From the NCBI RefSeq assembly GCF_009914755.1, contig NC_060928.1: a stretch of 64,000 nt of DNA; one strand, written 5' to 3'. Positions within the stretch are counted from its first letter, which is position 1. Every line of letters begins with the position of its first letter. This stretch comes from the human T2T-CHM13v2.0 reference genome, Homo sapiens. Shown in pieces: positions 14,160 to 31,858 of the stretch. The notes below the pieces were generated by a model. It saw only the letters and a program-made list of their open reading frames with translations, made no database searches and had not been told where the DNA came from. Both the position numbers and the translations under genes were made by a program.

Positions 14160-14380
14160 TCTGTTTCTCTAGATAACTCTAACAAATACAAAAACAGAAA
14201 ATTGAGGGAAAAACTGCCAAAAGTATTTTTATAAAGCAAGTACAAACTTATCATCTAAACTTGATAAAAATAATACCAAAAAAGGTAATTACCTTGACAC
14301 AATAATATCACTTCTCAGTTGAAGGTAAAAACACTAAATAAAATTTTAGCAAACCAAACTCAACAATGTCAAAACAGACT
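12400..14380 (+). mobile_element. Ancient L1M remnant, interrupted by MLT2
   Basis: Strong A bias; ORF2-like AGATGATTTC...GAATCTTCAAG and CTAAATAAAATTTTAGCAAACCAAACTCAAC; boundaries approximate. Confidence 0.5.
13668..14190 (+). mobile_element. MLT2 (ERVL) solo LTR containing (CA)n at about 14117-14154
   Basis: GTGATGGTTAACTTTATAGGTCAAATTGACTG start; CTGTTTCTCTAGATAACTCTAACAAATACA end. Confidence 0.85.
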
Positions 14381-14389
14381 AACAGGGAC

Positions 14390-15750
<1,361 letters not shown>

Positions 15751-16049
15751 GAGCTCTACTTTAAGAGTTGATTTAAAACATGATTTACATCTTTCTGGTG
15801 TCATATTTCATATTAGAGTATCTTACATTTCAGGTAGTATGGAGTGAATAACAGTGATACATGGGATTTATATGGAATAAGCAGAAGTAAAATTTTAAAA
15901 ATGAAATTTTATGACATCCATGATAGTTAAAAATAATGGCAACAAAACCACTGTAATTAATGTTTTTGTGAAGAAAAATAAGTTATGTAAATCTCAATTA
16001 TCACAATTCAGGAGTTAACTTGAAGTACAATATGAAAATAAAGATATAA

Positions 16050-16486
<437 letters not shown>

Positions 16487-17058
16487 TCAACACAGGAGAC
16501 TTCTGTGACCAAACGTGTGGGGACTTTTCACCATCAAGCAAGCAATTAATTTTGCAGGGGACACCAGCTGGGTATTTTCCAACCCAATTCAATTCTGGAT
16601 AGGGTGTCAGATACCACAGGTTGGGGGCTCAGTCCCACAAGGTTGCCCCCACTTCAGACACGAGTCCCAAGTACAGGCCTCCACAACTACGGACTGGCCG
16701 GCTTCAAGCTGACATTCCTCTGTTTAGGCGGAATTAATTTGCTACAGTGGCTCTCAGAACTCCGGGAAACATTTACTTACGGTTACCAGTTTATTATATT
16801 TTAGAAGATACAAATAAACAGCCAGATGATGAGACACACAGGGTGAGGTCTGAAGGGTCCTGAGCACAGAAGCTTCTTCTCGTTTTGAGTTGGAGTGTAC
16901 CTGGTATGTGGATGAGTTCTTGTCCACCTTCCTGCAAGCCTCTAGAAGTTCAGCTGTCTAAAAGCTCCCTGTAACCCATTTTCTTGGGCCTTTTATGGAG
17001 AATTCAGCAGATACGGCATGACTGAAGCACGGACAATCGTGTAAAAATGTGACTGGAA

Positions 17059-17381
17059 GGCAGGGCGCGGTGGCTCATGCCTGTAATCTCAGCACTTTGG
17101 GAGGCCAAGATGGGCGGATCACGAGGTGAGGAGATCTAGACCATCCTGGCTAACACGGTGAAACCCCGTCTGTACTAAAAATACAAAAAATTAGCTGGCC
17201 GGCCTGGTGGCGGGTGCCTGTAGTCCCAGCTACTCGGAAGGCTGAGGCAGGAAAATGGCGTGAACCCAGGAGGCGGAGCTTGCCGTGAGCCGAGATTGCG
17301 CCACTGCACTCCAGCCTGGGCAACACAGCGAGACTCCGTCTCAAAAAAAAAAAAAAGAAAGAAAGAAAAAAAGAAAGAAAG
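17059..17381 (+). mobile_element. AluY, full length
   Basis: AluY diagnostics; A/GAAA tail; TSD AAATGTGACTGGAA/AAATGTGACTAGAA. Confidence 0.95.
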
Positions 17382-17501
17382 AAATGTGACTAGAAAAAAA
17401 CAGGATATCATCTAATGCTAATCGACTGAGTGGGGAAAGCCAGCAAGGCCAGACCAGATTCTTCTTGGCCTCTCTGTACAGCATTCTTTCCTCCCAGGCA
17501 T

Positions 17502-18269
17502 TGATACAGGAGCTAAAGAAATTATTTAGGCAGGTAGTGAGGGCAACAGAGTTCTTAGCAGAACTTCTCTTCTAACAAAAAGCAGTTCCCCAAATCATTT
17601 CTTTTCTAAGAAAGATAAGCCCAAAAAATTGAGTTGTAAACATAGATAAGCAACCTGGAAGCTTGCACTGGGAATGCCGGAAACTGGGCCAATAGAAAAG
17701 GGCTACGTGGGGGCCAGGCATATCCAATATGGAGGCTCCATCTTCCTTTTTTTTTTTTTTTTTTTGAGACGGAGTCTCGTTCTGTCACCCAGGCTGGAGT
17801 GCAGTGGTGCCATCTCGGCTCATTGCAACCTCTGCCTACTGCTTCCCTTTATTTTGTTGTTATTACCATGTGTACAGCAAAGGAATGGGCAACATGGCAC
17901 AGCTCTGGTAGAGGACACTCCTACATAATAAAAGATTAAGATGGGTGCTGCAAGAAATTTGCACCCCATACAAATGACATAGCCAGTCCTAACCAGTTTT
18001 CCACACCCTATGCAAATGGAACACCTGGTCCAACCAATCTTTTGTGCCCTGTGTAAATCAGACACGGCTTCCTCACGGAATCCTTGCATTTCACCAGGGC
18101 TCCAGCAATCCGTTTTTCTGGGACACTTCTCTGCAGCAAAGAGCTCTTCTCATTCTTTTGCCTATTAAACTTCTGCTCTCAACCTCACTCTTTGTGTGTT
18201 CATGTCCTAGTTTTCTGCTGCTATGAGACAACGAACTCGGGTGTTAGTCCAGACAATGAGGCCATTTCA
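17502..18269 (+). mobile_element. LTR9-like ERV1 solo LTR nested in MER21
   Basis: TGATACAGGAGCTAAAGAAATTATTTAGGCAG start; ATTAAA signal near 18165; ...GAGGCCATTTCA end (TG...CA). Confidence 0.75.
17747..17837 (-). mobile_element. Alu 3' fragment nested in the LTR9-like LTR
   Basis: (T)19 GAGACGGAGTCTCG...AACCTCTGCCT; flanks CTTCCTTTT/CTTCCCTTTT. Confidence 0.92.
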
Positions 18270-18684
18270 CTATGGGGCGAGACCCCTTCTGAAGTGAGGG
18301 TCTTATGACTCACAATCAAAGAAGGTAAATCAAATAATTTCTTTATGGCCAGCTCCAAGACAGAAAGGCAAGGAAAGATTAGAATGCTGCCTTGGGAAGA
18401 AAAAGGAGCAAGTAAAAGGAGAGCAGGAGAAGTTGAGAGAGAGAGAGAATCTGTTTTCTGAGGCCTGCTTCTGGGTCTAAAGCACCCCAACATTATAACC
18501 AAAGACCGTCATTCACCTTTATGGCTCTGAATCTGTTCTGAAGATGCTTCAGGAACTGAAGGCAAGGGTCAAATACATTAACAAAAGCAAAAGATATGCT
18601 TATTTAGTCACGAAATAGAGAGGGCCACAGTAGTTATGAGACAGAAAGTGAGAATGAGACAGAGCGGTGTTTCCAGAGTGCCAG

Positions 18685-18800
18685 ACATGTTTCATATTTT
18701 AATCTGAGTGGTTGTTTTGTGGGAATATTTACTTTGTAAAAATTAATTGAGCTGCACACTTAAGATTTGCTACTTCTTATGTATTTCAAGAGAAATATTA
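18685..18800 (+). mobile_element. L1ME/L1MC 3'-end fragment
   Basis: TTTGTAAAAATTAATTGAGCTGCACACTTAAGATTTG motif. Confidence 0.55.
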
Positions 18801-20082
18801 AAACAGATGAAACAAACTACTATGTCCCATATAGACTACTGTAAAAAGCATTATTTTTGCTAATGCTTAATGAAATTAATGAAGCCTCCATGATTAATAT
18901 ACACAGAGTTTACAGTATAATCTGTGAAATTGATATTTGATTATTAATGAAGATATAATATCTAAAAGTAGCCTTTCCATCAACATAATAGAGAACAGGA
19001 GACAAGATAAATGATTGAAAAAGGTATAGTTCAGAGAATCCAGTTATTTAGACAGAGCTGTCAAATTATATTTTATTTTAAATGAGAAGGACAAGAGTAA
19101 ATACCAAAATTAAAAGATAGCTTGTGGATATGACATGCTTCCACAAACCAAATATATAATGCCTTATCTTGGATTTTGGCATGTATACAGTTTTTCAAAC
19201 CTTCATTGACTTTTATATTAACCTCCTTATTGAGCACATATGGACATCCTACATCCCTTTAATATGGTTTGGTGAAGAAGTAATTTCAAATATCGAACAA
19301 CAGCAGCCAGGCCCGAACCAATCAGAATATGTACCAGCCATAATAAACTGACACATCCCCGCAGAAGTATCCTGGTTAAACAGCAGCCTGGCCAAGTGTC
19401 ATGCTAATAAGCATGCAAAAATAAATATTGAACATGTAATCTAAATCTAAAGATCACTAATATTATAATAAGAACCTGAGGAATTATGAATTCCTATTTT
19501 AAAAAATTAAAAATCATAGTGCTTCCATATATGTGTGTAATATTTGAGCAACAGTAAAAGATTTTAACCTAAGCAAGTATTATCTCAAATTAACATTGCC
19601 ATAAAAGATGACTAAAACAAGCCTTTCCATTTAGATTTAATGTAAGATGAGTTCCCATGTGTATGTTTTTATTTTAAATGTTTAAAACCCCAAAAAGGTG
19701 TCAGTATTCTTCAAAAGAATATATTAGAGTGTTGAAAAGTTTCAGAAAAGTAAAATATCTAGGCATATATTACCTGAGCCTCTTAATTCAAATCATAACC
19801 TGTATATCCAGGTAAATGGACTCACCTAATAGAACATACAACAAATAAATAGTTACGACCACTTCAGTAATCCACTTAGTTTTCCAGTGCAATTTGTTCC
19901 TTTCCAGTCTGACTAGCCGAAAATTTTGAAGTTTTATTTTGTCACATGAATTTGATAAAGATTTAACTAAAATTGCTCACACAAATTTTTATTTTTCTGT
20001 GCCTGTTTTTAAGGAATTCTTTCTTATTTTGTTGGTTAGTGTGCAGAGGAGGGCCAACACACTCTCTTTGAAGAGGCATTAA

Positions 20083-20348
<266 letters not shown>

Positions 20349-21477
20349 AAGAGGCACTAATTTTGAGTTTGTGCAGTACACACCCACTCTTTTATTCCCT
20401 TTTCTGCGTCTGTCTATTGGCACATGCCTAAGTGATTTCCACAAATATTTGAATGCTCTGATTTGAGAATTTCCATATGGGTGAATTTGTTTTTATTACG
20501 TTGAAAGTTTATAATAATATAGTGTTAAAACAAAGTAAGGCTATACACATCCAAAATTTTGTAAAATAAATTATTCTTAAAAATGTAACACTGTTGTGTG
20601 GGATGGTTTTATAAAGCAGTATAATGCCCTATAAAGTAAAAAAAAAAAAGCATATAAATCTAATTACACATTTTGACAATTCTGATAGCAATCCAATTTC
20701 TAGATGCTGTAAATATTTAGCAATTAACTGACAATAATATAGTTTTCACAACCTTAGAATATCAGAAGACCTTGTGGACTTCCGTGGATGGCCGGAGTCT
20801 CACTGAAAAGTCACTACCAGGAAGTTTGTGTTTGAGTAGATATGTCACTATTTCCTTTGATAAATTTTAATAAACAAGCAATTATAATAAGAATCATTCT
20901 ATAAACTATATTCCACAGTAATGTTGATAGAGCTATAGAGTCAATCAGATATCCTGATACAGAAAGTTGTCAGATTAGTCATTATTTTTCTTTTTTCATG
21001 TATTTATTTAGCAGCAAGAAGATTTAAAGAAATGAATATGGTTTTAGGGTTTATAAGTTTATAACTTTAAAAAGGATAAACTTCCTTCTTTTAACTGCCA
21101 TGCAAAATAATTGAAGATAGAAGTTTTCAACTTAAGATAAAATAAACTACAAAACAAATAGTTGTAAAAGGTATTTTTGAGATTTTGGTGACTACATATG
21201 CCCTGGATTAATTAATTTGTACAAATCATATTTATTGAAAACTTATCAGGTACTGTTCAACAAAGACAGAGATGAATACTTTTTAACTTTAAGGAGATTA
21301 TTGAAAAGCCAAAAAACAACAACAATGACAACAAAAAAAACCTGGCCATTATTGTTTTGGAAAGCAAGTTATACTGTACTGCTAAAAGCAATATATTAAA
21401 ATAAGACAGTATCTTATGTGGGTTTATACTGTGGCTTTGTATTACTAAGCAAGAATGCCAACAGTGAATTAAGATAT

Positions 21478-21944
21478 TGTGATGCTTAATTTTAGGTGTC
21501 AATTTGACTGGATTAAAGAATGCCTAAATGAGGGTGTTTACAGGAGTAGTACATAAGTCTGAATGGACTAGGCAGGGAAGATCCACCTTTAATGTTGGTG
21601 GGAACAACCCAATCAACTTTGAGCCCTGATAGAGCAGAAACAGAGAAAAGGGGAATTGTTCTTTCTCTCTGGAGGCTGGTGTATACCCTTCTTTTCCTGA
21701 CTTTATCAGAACTCCAGGCTCTCTGGCCTTTGGATTTCAAGATTTGCACCAGTGGCCTCCCAGGTTCTTGGGCTTTTAGCCTCAAAGTGAGAGTTACATC
21801 ATTAGCCTCCTTGGTTCTAAGGCCTTCAGACTTGGACTGACTCATGCTGCCAGCATCCTAAGGGCTCTAGATTGCAGACAGCCTGTCTTGGGGCTTTGCT
21901 TCCATAAATGTGTGAGCCAATTTCTCCTAAAAATATTCCTTCTC

Positions 21945-21991
<47 letters not shown>

Positions 21992-22030
21992 CTATTGGTT
22001 CTATCTCATTGGAGAATCCTAACTAATACA
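21478..22030 (+). mobile_element. MLT2B-like (ERVL) solo LTR
   Basis: TGTGATGCTTAATTTTAGGTGTCAATTTGACTGG...GGAGAATCCTAACTAATACA. Confidence 0.88.
21945..21991 (+). repeat. (ATCT)11 STR within MLT2
   Basis: Read directly. Confidence 0.95.
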
Positions 22031-22560
22031 GAAGTAAAAATAAATGTTAAAATAGCTTGATATTCTATTGATTGATTCTAGCATTTAACTAGTATGTATT
22101 TATTACCTCCTGTTAGCCAAGTGTGGTTTGGGATATATCAGATTGGCCAATTAAAGAAACAGGGAAGAGTTATTTTTATTTCCGGAATTTGCAATGTAGA
22201 TTCAAAGTTAGACATTGAATTGTGTTGCAGTGGGCAATAACCTCAGGGCTAGAAATTTCTACCAATTATCTAATAGAATAATCTTTCTTTGCATTCTAGT
22301 AGGATTGATGTGTAATGGGATGCTAGATGTCTCCCAGGAAGGCCCAACTCGTGTTCTTTCACACTTATGTTTCTCTGGCTATTCTTCATTATGTGGCTGG
22401 CTCACATGCACTATGTTCTGGGAGGACACTACTATTCATCATCTTTACCTCTCTTTTGTCCTGAAAAGGCCTCTGAGCATGAAATGTCTCTGTTTACCGA
22501 AATGTGACAAAAGCTCATTCTCTTTCACAGGTTGAATAGTTATGGGTTGGCATTGTTATA

Positions 22561-22640
22561 TTAGGTTGGTTCAAAAATCATTGCGTTTTTTGACATTAAA
22601 AGCAACTGCAAAAATCACAATGAGTTTTGCACCAAGCTAA
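22561..22640. mobile_element. MADE1 MITE (Hsmar1 derivative)
   Basis: 80 bp, TTAGGTTGGT...ACCAAGCTAA inverted termini, TA target duplication on both sides. Confidence 0.93.
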
Positions 22641-24316
22641 TAAAAAGCACTGAGGTCCAAGATTCCTATGTTTATTTCATGCAAAGGATACAAAATTAGA
22701 AATTTCACCTTGCTTTGTTGCTAGGTCTTAAGACATCTTTAGACCATGATAAAAGTGTGCTGAGTGCTTCAGCCTAGATAAAAATGGATTACAGTAAGAT
22801 TTGGGGCTTATTTTATCTACTGTAGTATGATTTACATCTATCTACAGTATGAATGTCCTGCTGTTTAATATTTTCTGCCAGTTACCCTAATGAGTTTGTG
22901 CCAATTTGAAGTATACTGCAACATACTATATTCCACCTGTCTAAAGATTTAGCAAAGATGTAAATAAGATGGGTAAATAAATAGACCGATACATTTTAAT
23001 TAGAACATAAGCTTTTTTTTAACAAGAATTAAGGATCTTCCATAATGGTAAAGTAAGAGAAAGAAAGTTGCATTTATTTTTTTGTTTCAATTCCTGACTT
23101 TTTGAAGAGTAAAAATCTTTTTTTTTTTTTTCGGAATGTGGTTCAATGGCAGAACTGTGATTAGAAAATGACAGCAGTAGAGTAAGAAAATTAAGTCTCT
23201 GAGGAATAGAACGGCAAAGATCTTTGATAATTAAAACCAAAGCCTTTTATAGTGGCCAGTTCAAATCCAGCAGATTTTAGTAGAGGCCAAAAGTGCTTGG
23301 TTTGATGGATGTTCAATATAATTTGTGAAACAAAGACAAAGGAGTGGGTCTTGTGTCTTCAGCCATCATTTCTTCAAATCTAAAGTAGCAATTGGCATAC
23401 TCATTACCTTGCTCTAATGAAGTTGGCAAGGATTGAAATAGAAAAAGAGGGTTACCTATTAGATATAGAACAAAGGGAAACTGTTAGAAAAATATTAGCT
23501 ATTCCATTCTTTTCTTTCTTTTCCTCCAGGATAAATTTGGCCTATTAATTTTGAAACTAAACTATATTTTGGGGACCACAATGTAACAGAAAAAATGCTA
23601 CCTCTTGCATCTCCCCAGGTATTAGGTCACTATTAATATAAACACTTTATTCCCAACCTCATAGCTGGTTATTAATACTATGGGGTAGAAATACCATTAA
23701 TAGGCTGTAGCCAGACTGCCTCTCTAGATTCCTCCTCTCTGGGCAGAGCATCTCTGAAAGAAAGGCAGCAGCCCCAGTCAGGGGCTTATAGATAAAACTC
23801 CCATCTCCCTGGGACAGAGCACCTGGGGGAAGGGGCAGCTATGGGTGCAGCTTCAGTAGGCTTAAGTGTTCCTGCCTGCCAGCTCTGAAGAGTGCAGTGA
23901 ATATCCCAGCACAAAGCTCGAACTCTGCTAAGGGACAGAGTGCCACCTCAAGTAGGTCCCTGACCCCCATGCCTCCTGACTGGGAGACACCTCCCAGCAG
24001 GGATCAACAGACACCTCATACAGGAGAGCTCCAGCTGGCATCTGGTGGGTGTCCATCTGGGATGAAGCTTCCAGAGGAAGGATGAGGCAGCAAACTTTGC
24101 TGTTCTTCAGCCTCCGTTGGTGATACTCAGGCAAACAGGGTCTGGAGTGAACCTCCAGCAGACTCCAGCAGACCTGCAGCAGAGGGGCCTGACTGTTAAA
24201 AGGAAAACTAACAAACAGAAAGGAATGGCATCAACATCAACAAAATGAATGTCCACACAGAAACCCCATCTGAAGGTCACCAACATCAAAGACCAAAGGT
24301 AGATAAATCCACAAAG

Positions 24317-25344
24317 ATGAGGAAAAACCAGCGCAACAAGTCTGAAAATTCCAAAAACCAGAATGCCTCTTCTCTTCTAAAGGATCACAACTCCTCACCA
24401 GCAAGGAAACAAAACTGGACAGAGAATGAATTCAACGAATTGACAGAAGTTGGCTTCAGAATGTGGGTAATAACAAACTCCTCCAAGCTAAAGAAGCATG
24501 TTCTAACCCAATGCAAGAAAGCTAAGAACCTTGAAAAAAGGTTACAGAAATTACTAACTGGAATAACCAGTTTAGAGAAGAACATAAATGACCTGATGGA
24601 GCTGAAAAACACAACATGAGAACTTCATGAAGCATACACAAGTATCAATAGTTGAACTGATCAAGCAGAAGAAAGGATATCAGAGATTGAAGATCAACCT
24701 AATGAAATAAAGTTTGAAGACAAGATTAGAGAAAATAATAAATGAAAAGGAACAAACAAAGCCTCCAAGAAATATGGGACAATGTGAAAAGACAAAACCT
24801 ACATTTGACTGGTGTACCTGAAAGTGATGGGGAGAATGGAATGAAGTTGGAAAACATTCTTTATGATATTATCCAGGAGAACTTCTCCAATCTAGCGAGG
24901 CAGGCCAACATTCAAATTCAGGAAATACAGAGAACACCACAAAGATACTCCTTGAGAAGAGCAACCTCAAGACACATAATCTTCAGATTCACCAAGGTTG
25001 AAATGAAGGAAAAAATGTTAAGGGCAGCCAGAGAGAAAGGTCAGGTTACCCGCAAAAGGAAGCCCATCAGACTAACAGTGGATCTCTCTGCAGAAACCTT
25101 ACAAGCCAGAAGAGAATGGGGGCCAATATTCAACATTTTTAAAGAAAAGAATTATCAACCCAGAATTCCATATCTAGCCAAACTAAGCTTCAAAAGCAAA
25201 GCTGAAATGAAATCCTTTACAGGCAAGCAAATGCTGAGAGATTTTGTCACCACCAGGCCTCCCTTACAAGAGCTCCTGAAGGAAGCCCTAAATACGGAAA
25301 GGAACAACTGGTACCAGCCACTGCAAAAACATACCAAATTGTAA
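24317..25344 (+). pseudogene. L1 ORF1p, disrupted
   Basis: MRKNQRNKSENSKNQ...; stop at 24617-24619; C-terminal 200-aa piece ends ...YQPLQKHTKL. Confidence 0.93.
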
Positions 25345-25407
25345 AGACCATTGACACTATGAAGAAGCTGCATCAACTAACGGGCAAAATAACCAGCTAG
25401 CATCATA

Positions 25408-28971
<3,564 letters not shown>

Positions 28972-29699
28972 ACACTGAGAACACATGGACACAGGAAAGG
29001 GAACATCACACACCGGGGCCTGCTGGGGGGCGCGGGACTAGGGGAGGGATAACATTAGGAGAAATACCTAATATAGATGACGGGATGATGGATGCAGCAA
29101 ACCACCATGGCACGTGGATACATATGTAACAAACCTGCACGTTCTGCACATGTATCCCGGAACTTAAAGTATAATAATAAAAAAAGAAAAAAATGCCATT
29201 AATATAATTTCAGTCAAGATGGTCTTGAAGTTGATGTTTTGAAGCCTTCCCTTGGCTCTGCACACATAGCAATGTGAGAAAAAATAAAATAATGAGAGAC
29301 ACATTACAATAAAATATAATTAAAAGGAATAGCTTTTCTCTTGAACAAGAACAAAAGAAGGGAAAAATGAACAAAACACAAATGGGTATCAGGAATGGTG
29401 AAATATGTTTTATTGATTCTGGTTTCAAAAGCAGATAAGGAAACTGGGAGTTTGGCTCATATGAGTAATAGAATAAAAGATGTAGCAGGTCTTCTATTTA
29501 TTATGGTTTTAATTTGGGATCCTCTTTGTTTTTGTAAGTAAATTAATTTAAAAATTTGTTACAGAACATTGCTGCTAAGCCTTATATATGAAAGAAAGCC
29601 AGAGAACACAGTTACAAATCAGTGGCCTGGATTTCAACCAAGATTGGATTACTTCTCTGATTTCCCTGCTATAGTCACTTACAAGATGCTCTGAGATGC

Positions 29700-30700
29700 C
29701 CTTATAAGACCCGGCAATACTAGACAGAGACGAAAAATGCCAGATAAGAGAAAACTGCCAACATTTCAGGAAGTGTGAAATCTCAGACACCATTAATGAG
29801 AAACTAAAATGGGGAAAGGAAGAGGAAGACAAAGAGACAAATACAGAGAGAGAGAAATCACAGATCAAATGAAGAAAATTTCACTAAGAAGGCTAATACA
29901 ATTAAAACTTAGGAATTAAATTCTGCACTCTCAAAATTAAGATACTAAGATAATCAAATGGGATTTGAATATAAATGTAAAATGATAACAGCAAAAAGTC
30001 AAATAATGGAATACTTTCATAAAATAGAGAGGTTTAAATAAAAACAGAATAAAATAAATAAAATATATTCTTACATAAGCAGGAGGATTGCTAATCCAAA
30101 GTCCAATTGTTAAAAAAAATATGCATAAAAAATTAGAAATACAAAAATGGCCGGCTGGGAACCAACACTGTTCTTAAGTGGATTGAATAGTTAGCTTGTA
30201 GTGACCTGGACTGGGGGGATGGGTGGATTCCGTGGGAAGGGAGCACTGATATTCCAATCTTTCCAAAAAGGATACTAGATAGATTATCATTAGGTGTTCA
30301 TCTTTCTTTAACACTTAGTAAATCTGTTAACATAATAATCATTCGCTATTGAAAAGGTTTTAAGAAAGCAAAGGCAGGATAAAGCAAATATAACAGAGCT
30401 GTTTTAGATAGAAAAGATATAAGTACATGGCATAATAGTAACATCAATGCATTCTCAAATTATTCTAGCAAACAAAATTTTAAGGAAAATTCACTGTTAG
30501 GCTATATGGTCTCTTTGATCAGATGAAGATTTAATAAAGAGTTCAAAAAACATCAGAAGTGTTTGTCTTATATGAAAGATGTATTTCCATTATGCATTCC
30601 AATTGAAAAGCAAATGAAAAAAAAAGGCATTTGGAAATCAATGGGGTGGATATATTTATAAATGACATACAATGAAGATTCAAAATGAGCAAACAATGAA
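29700..30700 (+). mobile_element. Possible ancient L1M/HAL1 remnant
   Basis: A-rich strand bias with only weak ORF1-like motifs. Confidence 0.3.
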
Positions 30701-31539
30701 GTATGTGAGGAGAAAGATAGAAAGGAAATAAAAATTGCAGGGAATAATAAAAACATTCTGTCTTGAAACGTTGTTTAGTAACAATTAGCTTAGCAATAAA
30801 ATATTTTGTAAATGTGCTAGTTTACACTTAGAAATAGGAAAACATGTCATTAAAAATTGATTTTTTTTCTTGTCATTTAACAGAAAGAAAATAGTGCCCC
30901 TTTTAACAAGGAGCTCATTCATTTCAGTGATGGCTTTAATGATAGTTAATCATGATAATGGCAGTGGCTGATGTAAGCACTCCTGATTAGTTCAGTCTTG
31001 TTTTTATGTATATTTAAAGCAAAAGACAGGTTTTCCCAGAGACTTCAATTCTTTCTGCTCTGGTTCATCCCCTAAATTAAAATGCAACATTTCAAACACA
31101 CGTTTAAGCTTTTTCATTCTATATTACATATCTACTTATCAAAGGATATAGCCTTTCAGGGTGTGAAATACATCGTTTTGAGCCAGAAAGACATATGATT
31201 ATTAGTGAATTATAAGATTTCTCAAAAAGTCTACTTTCACCAACACATTCCCACACGCTTCTAACCTCTCACCACACACAGAAAATTGATGAGGTAAGAG
31301 GTGAGAGAAGGGATAAAAAATTGGTGACAAGAAAATATTGTCTCTGATTAGTTGTGTCTATATGGTTATTGCCTTTCCTAATGTTTTCCATCAACTCAAA
31401 ACAAAAACAAGACTGAATAATTAGCCATTTTGAAGAGAAAACTACACAAATCTAGAATATCCAAATAATTAAAACATACAAAACCCCAGTAATAAAAAGG
31501 AGTACTAGAAAGTACTAAAAAAGGATAGTGTCTGCTTTT

Positions 31540-31858
31540 TAAATTTTTAATTTTATTTTTATTTATTTTATTTTATTATTTTATTTTTTGAAACAGAGTC
31601 TCAAAGAGTCTCACAGTGGCTCGATCTCGGCTCACTGCACCCTCCGCCTCCCAGGTTCAAGTGACTCTCGTGCCTCAGCATCTTGAATAGCTGAAACTAC
31701 AGACCCATGCCACCACACCTGGCTAATTTTTTATATCTAATAGAGATAGGTTTTCACCATGTTGGCCAGGCTGGTCTCAAACTCCTGGACTCAAGTAATT
31801 CGCCAGCCTCAGCCTCCTAAAATGCTGGGGTTACAGGCATAAGCCACTGCGCCCAGAC
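31540..31858 (-). mobile_element. Old AluS/J with a small deletion-duplication near the 3' end
   Basis: (TTTTA)n tail; AGAGTCTCA duplicated in place of CTCTGTCGCCCAGGCTGGAGTG. Confidence 0.92.

Noticed and set aside
24742-25344. Longest ORF (200 aa) as a functional gene
   Set aside because: It is the C-terminal part of L1 ORF1p, downstream of a stop codon.
29013-29048. G-quadruplex motif
   Set aside because: It is the well-known G-rich tract of the L1 3'UTR.
30213-30241. G4-like motif GGGGGG-AT-GGG-N10-GGG-AA-GGG
   Set aside because: Isolated, with a long loop and no supporting context.
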